Assembly: GCF_030144855.1 (NCBI RefSeq)
Contig: NC_082717.1
Coordinates: 67,828,001-67,892,000, forward strand
Source of the DNA: Hypanus sabinus
Lineage: Eukaryota
Reading direction: 5' to 3'
DNA length: 64,000 nucleotides
Shown: in pieces, positions 51,603 through 64,000 of the stretch
How the letters are laid out: each line of letters starts with the position of its first letter
How positions within the stretch are numbered: position 1 is the stretch's first letter
The notes under the pieces: model-generated
What the model saw: only the letters and a program-made list of their open reading frames with translations
Databases searched by the model: none
What the model was told of the DNA's origin: nothing
Program-made: the position numbers and the translations under genes

Positions 51603-52190
51603 GGCTTTTTATTGTCGCCTGCAGTAAGGTACAGTGAAAAACATGTCCCGCATACCTGTCAATTGATTGTGATGTAGGATAAGGTAAAACAACAGCAGGG
51701 TGCAGAATGAAGTGTTACGGTTCTAGAAAAAGTGCAGTGCAGATGGACAATAAGGTGCAAAGTTATAAGGAGGTAGATTCTGAGGCCAAGAGTTGATCTA
51801 AGGTACAAGAGAACCATTCAGTAGTCAGACATAAGCTGGTCCTTGAGCCTGGTGGTACATGTTTTCAAGTTTTTGCATCTTCTGCCCTATGATGGTATCA
51901 TCTACAATTCTGAGTGTCCAAGAAGTAGAGAGCCTTGTGGTGCACCAGCGTTGAGGATGATTGTGGTGGAGGAGCTGCACCCCATCTTTACTGATTAGGG
52001 TCTGTTTGTTAGGAAGTCAAGGATCCAATTACAAAGGGAGATGTTGTGACCTGGTTTAGGAGCATAGGGATGAGTTGGCTTGGATTTACAGTATTAAAGG
52101 CAGATACGTAACAGTCTAACTTCGGTGTCTTCACTGTCCGGATGCTTCAGTGATGAGTGTGGGGCCGGTGGGGATGGCATCTGCTAAAGA
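51603..52190 (-). mobile_element. Old Rex1/Babar-type remnant
   Basis: Reverse tail 'tttattgtc...acagtgaaaa' and a degenerate RT segment with PQG motif. Confidence 0.55.
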
Positions 52191-54289
52191 CTTATGTTAT
52201 TTTGTTTTACTTCAATGGTTATATCAATTATTATATCAATTATTGATAGCAATGTTGCCAATTTTTCTATGTATCTGAGTCTCAGGGAAAGCTAAAAGTC
52301 GTAAAATTCGCAGACAAAGCTACATTCCCGTCCTCTGACAGAGGCTGTCAGGGACTTCAGGAGCAGACTTGGCAGGATGCCATCTGAGGCCTTCTTGTCA
52401 CTGTGGGTCAGCGCATTCAGCTTTTTGCACCTTACCCAGGTGGATGCGGGCAGGCAGGGATAGTGGGCGAGCAGCCAGATCGAGCACCATCTGCTTCATA
52501 CTTCACAGACTGTGTTTAGAGCTCATTACATTAACAATTAGCATTCCATAAAAACAACTGAATTCTAAAGACAAAAATAATGCATGTTGTGATTGTTAAA
52601 TTTCGAGATCATAGCAGATTTAAATAATAATGCGCATCTTCCTGTCAGTGTATGATGCCATTTGTGTGCACCGGTGCACGAGCCTCCCCCTATAGCTTGC
52701 CATCTGGTGAGTTTACCCTTAACTTAAACCACAAAAGCTACACTGCTTGAAACAAATTTATTCAGCTCCACTTCACGCTGCCTGTTTCTTGTCTGATCAC
52801 TTGAAAGCTGAATTTCTTTAATCCTTTTCAGTTCCTTTCACATCTAATGATGGTTACATTTGATGAAAAGAGGTGTGTGCTGTTTCACTGTAATTACATA
52901 ATTACCTCCTCCATGCTATTGTTGCCTTTTCACTTGATTATTCCAAGGTAACCTGGCTAGCTTCAATCATATCACCCTTCACAAAGTTGTGCTCATGTGA
53001 AATTCTACTGGCATCAATTCCTCCCCACATCTGCCACCCGACACTGACCTACAATATCTCAATTTTATAATACTCATCCTCCTTTCCAAATTCCTTTACA
53101 TTTCACTCATCTCCTCGAGTCTGATAATTCTCCAGTTCTGGTCTCCTGAACAGTCCTGATAGTACAAGAACCTTCACTTCTCCCCTCTCTCTTTTTCTGC
53201 CTTCTTTTAAATTGATATTTTAAAACTACCTCTGAACCAGCTTTTGGCCATTTGCCTTAAAAGCTCCTTACAAGACTAGTCTTCATATCTGCGTTTGTTT
53301 ACAACCCTGAGAAGCACTGTGGGACATTTGACAAACTTAAGTTTCAATTCTAGGATCAACATTGGGCATCTGCACTGTTTCATAGGAAAAGGCCACGTAT
53401 TTACCTATTGTGGCATTATTCATTCTGTCTGCAGAGGACGCAAAATAATTCCTTTTCTTATTTCTAAACATTAACTACATTCCTGATTTTATCAAAGTAT
53501 TCCATCTTGAGACAGACACAGTAACTGTAGAATGAAACACATGGAAAAGTGCTGATAATTAACATTTGAAGTTGAGGCTTTCTTTTTGCCAAACACATGT
53601 TCCATCCATGGCTAAATGCTAGACAGTTCAGTTTCATACATACTACAGCATGCTCTGCAGGAGAGCTTGTCATCTGTCAAGATAGGAAGGGACAGACATC
53701 ATCAGGTTCATTACAGTGCAATTGCTAAATCTCTGCCAAGTGGTTTAGCTATCAACCCTACTGCTTTTGAAATCACTTGATGGATGAACTTTATTGACAA
53801 TAGCCTTAACACTTGTCAATTTATCCATAATCATGTGTTATCTTCTCTAAATCAAATGCTGCATTTCAATTCTGAGGGAATAAGTGCTTTATGATATCAA
53901 ATATGTTGCATTATCCCTTTTGAAAGAGTTGTGAAGAAAGTGGTTAAAAGGAAGATGTGAACACGTGAGAAGGGTTGAAAGGTTGTCGTGCTTTGCTCCG
54001 TGTAGTAGCAAACATGTGTTTCCTCCCTTCTGTCAGCCTTGCCAGCAGTCTGTTTTCTGCAAGGTAAATCAAGAAAGATTTCCTTCAGGATCTTTGAGTG
54101 ATGAAAAGGAATCCATACACACTTTTATGCTGAATGGTGCTCAGTCCCACAGAGAATAGGGAGCACCACCATATTCAAATCTATAAGAGCCTACTGCTTT
54201 CAAATGAATACATTGCTATGAATTACATAGGCTATATGGCACAGAAGGAGGTCAATCAGCCCAACTAAATTGTGCTGCCAATTACTGTT

Positions 54290-54900
54290 TAGAGTCCTAC
54301 AGCACAGGAAAAGGCCCTGCAGCCTACTGTGAACCTGCTGACCATCAAGTGCCCATTTCTATCTTATCTAAAAATATGCATTAGGAGCAGGCCATAATTT
54401 TATTCTTTCTGATGACAGCAGGGTATAGATAATGTCTTTTTCCATGGGGAAGTAAGTCAAAAACTGGGGAGTATTGGTTTATGGTGAGAGGGGAAAGATT
54501 TAAAAGGGACCTGAAGGGCAACTGCTTCCTACAGAGAGTGGTACCTATGTGGAACGAGCAGCCAAAGCAAGTGATTGAGAAAGGTACGACAGAAACACTG
54601 TGAAGACTCTTCAACAAGTTTAGAGGGATTTTGATCAAATGTGGGTAAAAGTGACCAGCTTGGATTGGCACCGTGGATGAGTTGGGCCAAAAGCCTATTG
54701 CCATGCTGCATTACTCTATGGCTCACATGTACCCATCAACCCCACTTTGCCATTCGCCTCCACTCTGGCGTAATTCACAGTAACCAATCTATTCTGAGGG
54801 AAGAAAGAGAACAGCTGGGGAAAACACATGCTCTCAGAGAGGGAGTCTGCAGACTCCAGAGGTTGGAATTGGATTCGGAACGCTGGAGCCAGAAGCTGCT
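54290..54900. mobile_element. HE1-type SINE (minus) interrupted by a CR1 3' fragment (plus, ~54410-54720)
   Basis: SINE tail 54290-54370 and V-core 54725-54900 flank RGERFKRDLKGNCFLQRVVPMWNEQP. Confidence 0.65.
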
Positions 54901-57772
54901 CTCCGAGCTCAGCTTCCAAAGTTTGATTCTAATGAATTCAATGGGACAGAACTTGCGAGGCAGGGGATGCAATCCAAGTGCTATCATTGGTGATGTGCAT
55001 TACTCTTATATTAATCTCATGTTTTTAATTTATGGGAGATTTAAATAATTTACTTAATAAAGGAAAAGGCAATAGCATGGTTATTTACTGGAGTCAAAAT
55101 ATGCTTGAATTAATAAGAAAGGATTAAAAATGGAAAAATTAAAATAGATTATTGCTTTTAATTACTATTAATCACATTACACAAATTAGGTAATTCACGC
55201 AGGGAATTAAAGTTGGCCTTGCCTGTGACATCCATATCCAATCACTGAATAAAAAATATGCTGCAGTACAATCTTAATTGATAAAGATTTAAGATATAAA
55301 AACATCTGTTATCTTATTACATTTTACCCTATGCTGGATAACCTGTTCAAATGCTGGACTCTAGTATGAAAATCTCTTCAGACTGGAACCCCAATTTGCC
55401 AGGTTGGTGACAAATCTGGACAAAGCTAAAAAAAAAACACCTTCCTGATATCACTAGTTTAATTTTACTGCATTACACTAGGAAATTTGTAAGAACTCAA
55501 GAAATCTATCGTTCAAAGGGGGAAGTGGACAGGATCATATGGAAAATAATCACATAGCCAGTCTCGCATTGGCTGTGAGCAATGCCACTGGAGAACTAAT
55601 TTTAATGTGTAAACCAGAAACAAGTCAGACAGTCAGAACTGCGCACAGAGATATCCTAGGATGATTCGCCCAACTGAAATCCTCTGTCTCTGATGACAGA
55701 TCACAATGCACTGGAGTAGAATTTGGCCTTTACAGACTGAGCTTGGGAAGACCACAGATTGGAAAATCTGGCAAACAGTATTGCTGGAGTTTCCTTCCTT
55801 TTAAGTTATTGGAAAGAAAGCTTAGCTGCTTCAGTGACGGGTGTGCAAAGTTCCCTGGCAGGCTTTGCTCTCTGCATCCTGCCTTGGGCAATACTTCAGG
55901 CAAAGTCAGCAAAGATTGAGATCAACTTCGGTGTATTTAAGGTAGCGCTAACTAAAGCTATCTGTCCCACTTTAGGGTTTAAAATGTCCAATAGGGTAAT
56001 GTGTGCTTAAGCAGATTAGGACTTTCAGAAAACAGCATTAAGAAATGAAAAGCAATCTTGAGTGAGATTGTTCTGTTAAAATCTGAATAGTAGATTGTGG
56101 ACAGTATGCATTCTTCAAACAGAGTAAATAGAAAGAGGTTAGAAGTTCAAAGTGTAAGTGCACTGAACAAGGCATGGGGCATGGTCTTGTCTGATCCTCA
56201 TACACTACCAGGTCAGCTCAGACCCACTGCAATTAGGCCTCAGATGTCAGCTAAAGTAACCTGCCGTGCAATGGCCGCCAGCTGCCAGGCAACGGGCCAG
56301 CAAAAGAGGAGTCCGTGTCAAGCCTCAGTAAGTCATCTGTTTTTAGAAGGGGGCTGAATTGCCAAGCCTGTGGAATCAGGGAATTCCTCCAGCTCCACCT
56401 GTCCTGTCAGGAAACTGTCCTTTTCTGAAATATCTGTTATAACTTGCCTTTTAGATGGAGGCTGCAAAAGTGGTCGGAGAGTCCAAGTGAGAGATCCTCT
56501 CACTGCTGAAGAGGGATCTTTCAATAGATGGTTGGCTATAAGACCATAAAATATAGGAACAGTATTAGGCCGTTTGGCCTATTGAGTCTGCTGATTTCTT
56601 TCTCAATCCCATTCATCTGCCTTCTCCCTTAACCCCTTTACTAATCATGAACCGAGCAGTCTCTGTCCGACAGCGCTGTGAAAGCCAAAGCGTTCCATGG
56701 GTCCGTCACTAACTTACTTGAACGAAATATCATTAATTTGTAAATCTAAAGGAAAATACTAAAGATGGTGAAAATCTGAAATAAAGCCAGGAGTGCTGGA
56801 AATACTCTCAAGGCAGCTTGCACCTCCGAAGAGAGGATGCTGGAAAAATGAAATAAATCAAAAAGTACTGGAAATATTCTACACAATGGATATAGGAACA
56901 GAGTGGGGTTTGATAAAAGGTCAATGATCTGAAATGTTCTTTCTGTTTCTCTCTTCGCAGATGCTGCCTAACTCACCAAGTGCGGCAAGTTTCAGGGACT
57001 AGGTAGCCTTCTCCTGCTCCTCTCTTAATGTTTCCTGATATTATTTCAATTTTTCTTTATACTCTCCCTTTTAGCAGAACAAAGCAGGGTCGCTTGTTTA
57101 TCAAATAAAAAAGTGCTAGAGCAATATAAGGACTATTGACCAAAACATGAATTGTTAAGTATAAAAATTCTTCCAGGGTCACTGTACTGAACATAATATT
57201 GCCGGGCCTGTGTATTATATTCCATTTCGATTCCGTTCCATTGAAGCCATATAACCTAAATATTTTAAGTGGAGTTATAGAGTCCTTCTCCTGGGTTATG
57301 TGTTTATTACTGGCAAACAAGTACTCATTTCTCTGTACAGCTTTTAACAAAGGGAATGTGAGGAAGAGAGATTTAAGGTAGAAATTCTAGAACTTAATGC
57401 CCCAAACTTTAACAGCTAAGAAACTATGGAAACAAATCTAAGAATTTTAAAACTGAGATGCTTTCAGTTTCATGGAAAATGTATCCATTCCATATCTATT
57501 TATATCCTTTATACCTTGAAAGAGTACGGATAAAAAAAACGCTTACCAGTTAATAAACCAGTAAGTATGCAGCTGCTCTCAAATCCAAACAATTAGGTAT
57601 CGAATGTTACCGGGCTTTCTATTTGTCAGCTCTCATTCGGTCCGGGATTAAATATTATCATGCGCAGACTGACGTAGCTGGTTAGTAAATGATTGGGTTG
57701 CCCACTTGTTACAAATCAATGATTTGACCATGATTCATGATCCCTATTCAAGTTGGAATAACATAGGTGGTA

Positions 57773-57773
<1 letters not shown>

Positions 57774-57855
<82 letters not shown>
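57774..57855. repeat. (TG)41 microsatellite
   Basis: Perfect dinucleotide run. Confidence 0.98.
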
Positions 57856-57857
<2 letters not shown>

Positions 57858-58844
57858 TTCCCACAGCAGGGAGCAGATTATCATAGGTGTCATATTCCGT
57901 TAACGTGGTTGTTATCGTGTCACTGCGTCTGAGCATACTAGATCACATTCAGATGCTCAGCGCCCATTCCGCCTGCACCCCATTAGATTAACCTTGAATG
58001 TTACTAAATGCGAACTCCATCAAGCAAACTTTCTGCAGCCACAGTCCAGCCCTATGTGACCTGCGTGCCCAAGTTCACGTGCACGACTCTCACTGAAAGT
58101 TCTCCAACAGTTAATTTCTTCTATAGAATTTAACAACCTAGCACACTAACATTGATTTTCAGTAGCCAGCCCAAAGGCACATATTATTGTACACTAGAAA
58201 CAGTGAATTGAAAAAAAATAGTTTGTCCTTGTATTTGCCTTTGGCATCAGAAGTAAAATACAATCATTAGGAGATAATATGCATTAAAAGGTGATCCATT
58301 GTTGAATTTTGTTTTAAACACCTGATTTTATGAGCAAGTCACAGTCCAACAGACATTGTTTGTAGACAATGCCAATGTTACATGGTGAGAAAGAATGTCT
58401 TGAATTTACATAATGTCACTCCTAAGGTTGGGCTGTGATGATTTTTATCTTTTGGACCAATTTACATGAAACATTTAAGCTTCATTTGGAAAGTATAAGC
58501 CCACATAAACAACTCAACGACAGCAGAAAACCAAGCATTCAATTTTACTCATGGCTGTAGGTAAAGAGAAGAAATGGTTGCAGCATTTTGGATTGGCATT
58601 TCTATATTCTGATCCGGCAAAGGAATGTTAGCAAATCTCCACTGAATGCAGCAGCTGTTAGGTCACACAATGATAGCTTCCGTTTAGTTACATCCCAACC
58701 ACTTGGACTCAACATAGGGTTCATCAACTTCAGATCTTAGCCATGGTCATTAATTTGTGTATTAAGGTGGATTCTGTTCGTTATTCGCAATTCTGCATCT
58801 TTACAACGTTTATTTTTGTTTCATTACTAACACAGAGATCACAC

Positions 58845-59490
58845 ACCTGTCCTCATTTAGGGTCAGCAGGGAAAAGGGTGAGTGGCTTCAAGTTCCAGGC
58901 TATCAATATCTTAGAGGATCTATCCTGGACTCAACACCCTGATGCAATCACAGAAAAGGCACGCCAGCAGCTTTACTTTTTTAGGAGTTTGATGAGATTT
59001 GGAACTGAAGCAAATTTCCATTGATGTAAGATGGAAGGCATTCTGTGACTGAGGCCTGGGAGCACTCTGCACAGGGGATTCTGACTGGTTGCATGGAGGC
59101 TTCAATGCACAGGATTTCAAGAGGCTGCCAAGAGCTGCAGACTCAACCAGCTCCATCATGGGCACCACCCGCCCATCTTCAAAGATATCAACAAGAGGTC
59201 ATGTCTCTAGAAGGCAACATTCATCACTGAAGACTCTCACCATCAGGGTCTTGTCTCCTTTGTGATACTACCATCATCATGGAGGAATACAGGAGCTTGA
59301 AGACCCAGATCCAATGTTTTAAGAACAGCTTCTTCCCCTCCACCATCAAATTTCTGAACAGTCCGTGAACCCATGAACACTACCTTGTTATCCATCTTTT
59401 ACCCTATTTATTTACTTTGTAACTTATAAGAACTTTTACGCCTTGCATTGTACTGCTGACACAAAACAAGTAATCCTATGACCATTGTCC
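58845..59490 (+). mobile_element. Rex1/Babar-type LINE 3' portion
   Basis: RVSGFKFQAINILEDLSWTQHPDAITEKARQQLYFFRSLMRFG. Confidence 0.85.
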
Positions 59491-60888
59491 AGTTATTATT
59501 TTGAAAATGAGGCCAATTCTCTGCAGTTTAAAAGTCAGTTCATGAAACATGTGAAATCCTTGGGGTTGAGAGGGTTATTATTGGGAGTTTTTTTGTCATC
59601 AAGTCTAACGTTACCAAGTAGAATTCCAGGAAAAGCAGTTGACAATTCAGGTCTGAGATGAGGAGAAACTTGTTCTTTGTTTGGAATCTTTTCAATTCTG
59701 TACTTCAGTAGTTTATAGATCCTCAGTTGTTGAATTTAATCAAGACTGTGTTTGGAGATCTGAGGCAAAAATAAAATTTAAGGGTAAAATAAGAAAATTA
59801 AGGTATCAAATATCAGATGTTCTAGAAAAGGAAAGTAAGCTCATGGTGTGTGGCCACTTCCTGCTTCTTTTTTTAAGTTAAAACTAACGAGGGCACAATA
59901 TGGCAGCAGACTTGGACAGAAACTCATTCCCAGAAATTGGCGTCGCTTTAAGCCTGAAAGTTACTTGGAGCCATAAACGGCTTGTTTCAAAGCATTTAAA
60001 CTTGGCATCAATGCAATTTAAATCAACGGAAAAAAAAAGGCTGGGATTTCTTAATGTCGGTAATTCTGACAGTGGCTCCGTGCCAGATGAAAAAACAGCA
60101 CTTACAATGCTACTGTTCATTTAATTTCCAGTAATATGACATTGTGATTTGCAAAGTTTAATCATTGCAATAATTGAAGTATAACACCTTTAAAGTGTAA
60201 CACTGGTACTGTTAATTCTTACAAGGTAGGCAGATTCCATTTTGGGATGTGTGCTCTTTATGAAAATGATATAACATCTGCTGGATGGAGTAGAATTTCT
60301 GCAATGTTCACAGAGGTGGTAGGATTGGCACATGGCTCAAATTGCGCAATGTCTGAATTAGGCACACACCAATGATCGCCAACATTCATGACATGGATCA
60401 TTAACTGCGCAGTACACTCCCAAAATGATCTGAGCTTGCTTCAGAGAACCTTCGCAATTCCAGTGGGGATTCTATTAACCAACTTCAGAACTAAGGAGTA
60501 TTAAAACTGAGCTGCATTGCAACAGAAGCAAACCAGAAATGCAATTTCTTGAGCTAAAGTGCATGCTCTTTCACTTGTTTAAAACTTCAGAGGACTTCTT
60601 CCCTCGTAAGAAGGGAGGTATTTCAGGATCTGGATGTCACCGGTAAAGCTATAACCTGTTGCCCTGAAGGAAGTGGTGATGGAGAGCCACCTTCTTCAAC
60701 TACTGCAATCATTCTGACGAGGGTGCTACCGAGTAGAGAGTTCCAGGATTCAGAACCTGGATGGTGATATCTTTCCAAATCAGGATAGTGTACAGCTTGG
60801 AGGGGAACCTGTGAGTGGCGGCAGCTCCATACACCTGTCCTTCTTGGCGATTGGTAGAGGTCACATGTTTGGTAGGTGATGTTGGAAT

Positions 60889-61474
60889 CATGATCTCCCA
60901 GTGGTCTGCCAGAAGTAGCGGGATCTCCCACTGGCCACTTCCCAGTCCCATTCCGATATGTCCATCCATGGCCTCCTCTACTGTCGCAATGAGGCCACAC
61001 TCAGGATGGAGGAACAACATCTTATATTCCGTCTGTAGCCTCCAACCTGACAGTATAAACGTCGATTTCTCAAACTTCCGGTAATGGCACCAACCCTCCC
61101 CCCACCCCCTTCACCATTCCCCATCCCCTTTTCCCTTTCTCACCTTATCTCTTTGCCCACCCATTGCCTTCCTCTAGTGCTCCTCCCCACTTTTCTTTCT
61201 TCCATGGCCTTCTGTTCCCTCCTATCAGACTCCCTTTCTTCAGCCTTCTATCGCTGTCACTAATCAGCTTCCTAGCTCTTTACCTCATCCCTCCCCCTCC
61301 TGATTTCTCTCTCCCCGCAGCCATTTTTAAAATCTACCTCTCATCTTTTTTTCTCCAGTCCTGGTGAAGGGTCTTGGCCCGAAATGTCGACTGTACTTTT
61401 TCCCATAGATGCTGCCTCGCCTGCTGAGATCCTCCAGCATTTTGTGTGCATTGCATCTGCAGATTTTCCCTTGT
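60889..61474 (+). mobile_element. Penelope-like element 3' part with pLTR
   Basis: HSDMSIHGLLYCRNEATLRMEEQHLIFR...SLQPDSINVDFSNFR*; flanked by TTGGAAT (60882-60888 and 61475-61481). Confidence 0.85.
61356..61393 (+). ncRNA. Minimal type-I hammerhead ribozyme motif with mutated core
   Basis: cagtc-CTGgTGA-a-ggg-tcttgg-ccc-GAAA-tGTC-gactg; stems I and II can pair. Confidence 0.6.
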
Positions 61475-62248
61475 TTGGAATGGCCTAGTCAAGTAACTGC
61501 AGTTGTCGAAGGTGCTTTCTGGAGTTGCTGTACATGCCTAAAGTGATGGATGGGGTACCAACCCAAACGGTTCCCCTGTTCTAGCTGGTGTGTTTCTTGG
61601 GGGTAGTCAGAACTTCACTCATTCAGTCAAGTGGGGAGTGTTCCACCAAGCTTCAGACTTGAGCCTGTGGGAATGGTTCAGGTCTTAGGAAGTGAGCCAT
61701 TCACCACAGAATATTCAGCCTCTGGCCAGTCCTTGTGGCTGTTGTATTTATGTATTTGGTCCGTTTGTGTTTCTGGTCAATGCTGTTTGAAAACATGTCG
61801 TACTTAGTGTATTGGAATGAACACATAAAAATGTATATCTGCTGAGAATAGAAGATGCTGTCAGATTGGCTCCAATTAAGAGACAGTACTTAAAATCGTG
61901 CCAAATACATACCACAACTATCAAGCCAGTGTGAACCATTACTGCCCTACAGTGCACAAATGGATGTTGGTGGGTCAAAGGTCCCAAGGTACCAAATGGG
62001 TGTCAACATTAGGGAAAGCATGCAAGCAACATATGCCAAGGAGTTTGTCCCTGGTCATTGACACTAAATGAGCATTTCCGTAGTTCTTGAGTATTCACCT
62101 CTGCTTCTAAACTTTGAGATGAATTTTAGAAGTGGGATAGAACACATCAGCAGGCTCAAGGAGAGTTTCTGCCCTGCACTGAACTCTTGCCCTCACAATC
62201 TACCTCATCATGGCCTTGCACTTTATTGCCTCCTTTCACTGCACTTTA

Positions 62249-63149
62249 CAATACAAATACTTTATTGTCACCAAATAATTGGTACTAGAGCGTACAATCA
62301 TCACAGTGATACGTGTTTCTGCGCTTCACACTCCCTGAAGTACAAAAGAAAATGGTGGGCAGAGGGATCCTAAAGACCCGCCGCTTCAATCTGACCAGCA
62401 GCCTAGCTCTTTCCCCATGCTTGCTTGGTAATTTGTGCATCTTTCCAGATTTCCATCGATGCAGTGTGTTGTTGGCAGCTCTTTGAGGTTGGTGGACGCG
62501 TCCCGCGGGGATCGATCGGCGGGTCATGTTGTCGGGCACTCCAGGTCGGGCCGAGTGCCACTTCCAACTGTCGGGGGCCCGGGCTGTTGTTCGGGTTGGG
62601 ACCTGAAGCCGACACTTAATCCCGGAGGGCCGGGCTGCCGGCTGAAACAAGTCTGTGAACTGTGTCACGGTTGCGGAGGCCTCCGTTCCAGCCGAGCCCC
62701 GGGCTCGATTTCTGAGGTCGGCGACGGAGGCCTCACTTCCGGCAGCTGTGGATGGCCACCAATGGGGCTCTATGGTGGTCGCTCTGGGGAAACGTCTGGG
62801 GTATATTGAGGTCTCTGACATCACTTCCGTGTGCTTGTTTGCTTCGGAGAGGTGCTGGTCGGAATGGGCCATGTCTCCAGGCGCTCCGACACAGTAGCAG
62901 GCCGCGGGTCTCCGGGAACGTGGTGGACCTCCGACCAGGCCTCGACGATCGGGTCCAGGTGCGGTCTGGAGTTGAAGCAATTCTGGCGCATCAATGATCT
63001 CCAGCTGGGTCAGTAACTTCACCAGGGTGGTGGTGATCTTGCTAGATGTAGCAAATTGGAGGTTTAGAAGGGTTTCTCGGGTATAGGATAGTGTAAAGGG
63101 CAGTTTGCTCGGCAGAGCAGATGCAGAGTCGCCAGTTACCGGTGCCATG
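62249..63149 (-). mobile_element. Bipartite, internally deleted Rex1/Babar derivative inserted in an older Rex tail (62142-63320)
   Basis: 5' 'acatggcaccg', YTRETLLNL and KHGERARLLVRLKRRVFRIPLPTI joined directly to a ~105-bp 3' tail with AATAAA; TTTA at 62245-62248 and 63150-63153. Confidence 0.75.
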
Positions 63150-63360
63150 TTTATCTGTAACTGCAACACTTTATTCTGCAATCTGGTGTTGTTTTCCTTT
63201 GCACTGCCTCAATGTACTGATGTAATGAAATGCGCTGAATGGATAGTTTGTTAAACTGAATGGATGTCTTGCTGAAGAAGTTCTTCACTGTATTTCAGTA
63301 CATTTGACAATAATAAACCATTTGACCATGCTCCTCTCCTTTTTACAACCACTCATGATT

Positions 63361-64000
63361 AAAGTTCAAAGTTCAAAGTAAGATTGATTATCATACATGT
63401 ACATACATGTCACCACATACAACCCAAGATTCTTTTCCCTGCAGGTATACTTAGCAAATCTAGAGAACAGTAACTGTAAACAGGATCAATAAACAACAAA
63501 CTGTTCAAAGAAAAATATAAATAAATAGCAAAAAATAACAGGAGTATGAAGTAACAAGAGAAACAGTCCTTAAAGTGAGACCATCAGTTGTGGGGACACC
63601 AGAAATAGAAGAAGTGTAGTCATCCCCTTTTGTTCAAGAGCCTGATGGTTAATCAGGAATGATTGTTCTTGAACCTGGTGGTGCGAGTTCTGAGGCACCT
63701 GTACCTGCTGGCAGCAGCGAGAAAAGAGCATGGCCTGGGTGGTGAGGATCTCTGATGATGGATGCTGCTTTTCTACGGCAATGTTTCATGTAGATTGCTC
63801 AATGGTTGGGAGGGCTTTATCCGTGTTGTACTGGGATGAATCCATTGCCTCTTGGTAAGGCCTTGGTATTCCCATGCCGGACCGTAATGCAGCCAGTCAG
63901 TACACTTTCCACCACACACCTATAGAATTCTGTCAAACATTTTGGTGACATTACAAATCTCCTGAGGGTGTAAAGGCACTGCCGTTTCTTCTTTGCAATT
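63361..64000 (-). mobile_element. Rex1/Babar-type LINE 3' portion (runs off the window)
   Basis: (aaagttc)n reverse tail; EFYRCVVESVLTGCITVRHG remnant. Confidence 0.8.

Larger units (their letters stand above)
60615..61782 (-). mobile_element. Old CR1-group LINE 3' portion split by a Penelope insertion
   Basis: RFPSKLYTILIWKDI...SESWNSL in ORFs 60623-61020; continues after 61481. Confidence 0.6.

Noticed and set aside
57706-57936. CV- and HT-repeat ORFs
   Set aside because: Translations of the (TG)n microsatellite.
57926-57963. CTGAGCAT...ATGCTCAG hairpin as a pre-miRNA
   Set aside because: Stem too short (8-11 bp); expected by chance in 64 kb.
62400-63140. CpG island of a host promoter
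   Set aside because: Fully contained in a young retroelement insertion.
1-64000. Prokaryotic-type systems (CRISPR arrays, operons, defence islands), rRNA and tRNA genes
   Set aside because: Sequence is vertebrate repeat-rich DNA; no repeat-spacer array, dense ORFs or complete tRNA/rRNA seen.

Overview
Eukaryotic, AT-rich, repeat-dense vertebrate DNA. The repeat complement (CR1, Rex1/Babar, L1, Penelope, Gypsy, HE1-type V-SINEs, SacSINE1-like Deu-SINEs) points to a cartilaginous fish, probably a ray; this is inferred from recalled repeat families, not from a search. No intact host gene was recognised, and most ORFs in the track are TE fragments or noise. Main observations: (1) a non-autonomous Gypsy LTR element (39837-42262) whose RT/RNaseH/integrase core is replaced by an intronless fragment of host RBM25 mRNA; (2) an L1 insertion with an apparent ~370-bp 3' transduction, bounded by a perfect 16-bp TSD that splits a SINE; (3) a near-full-length CR1 with a U_UUA_AAC slippery heptamer at the ORF1/ORF2 junction, an inverted same-family copy inside it and a chimeric 3' end; (4) a young bipartite Rex1/Babar derivative carrying an uninterrupted ORF; (5) hammerhead-ribozyme remnants in Penelope repeats; (6) several splice-site-bounded minus-strand segments that may belong to an unidentified transcript. 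Boundaries of old repeats are approximate.
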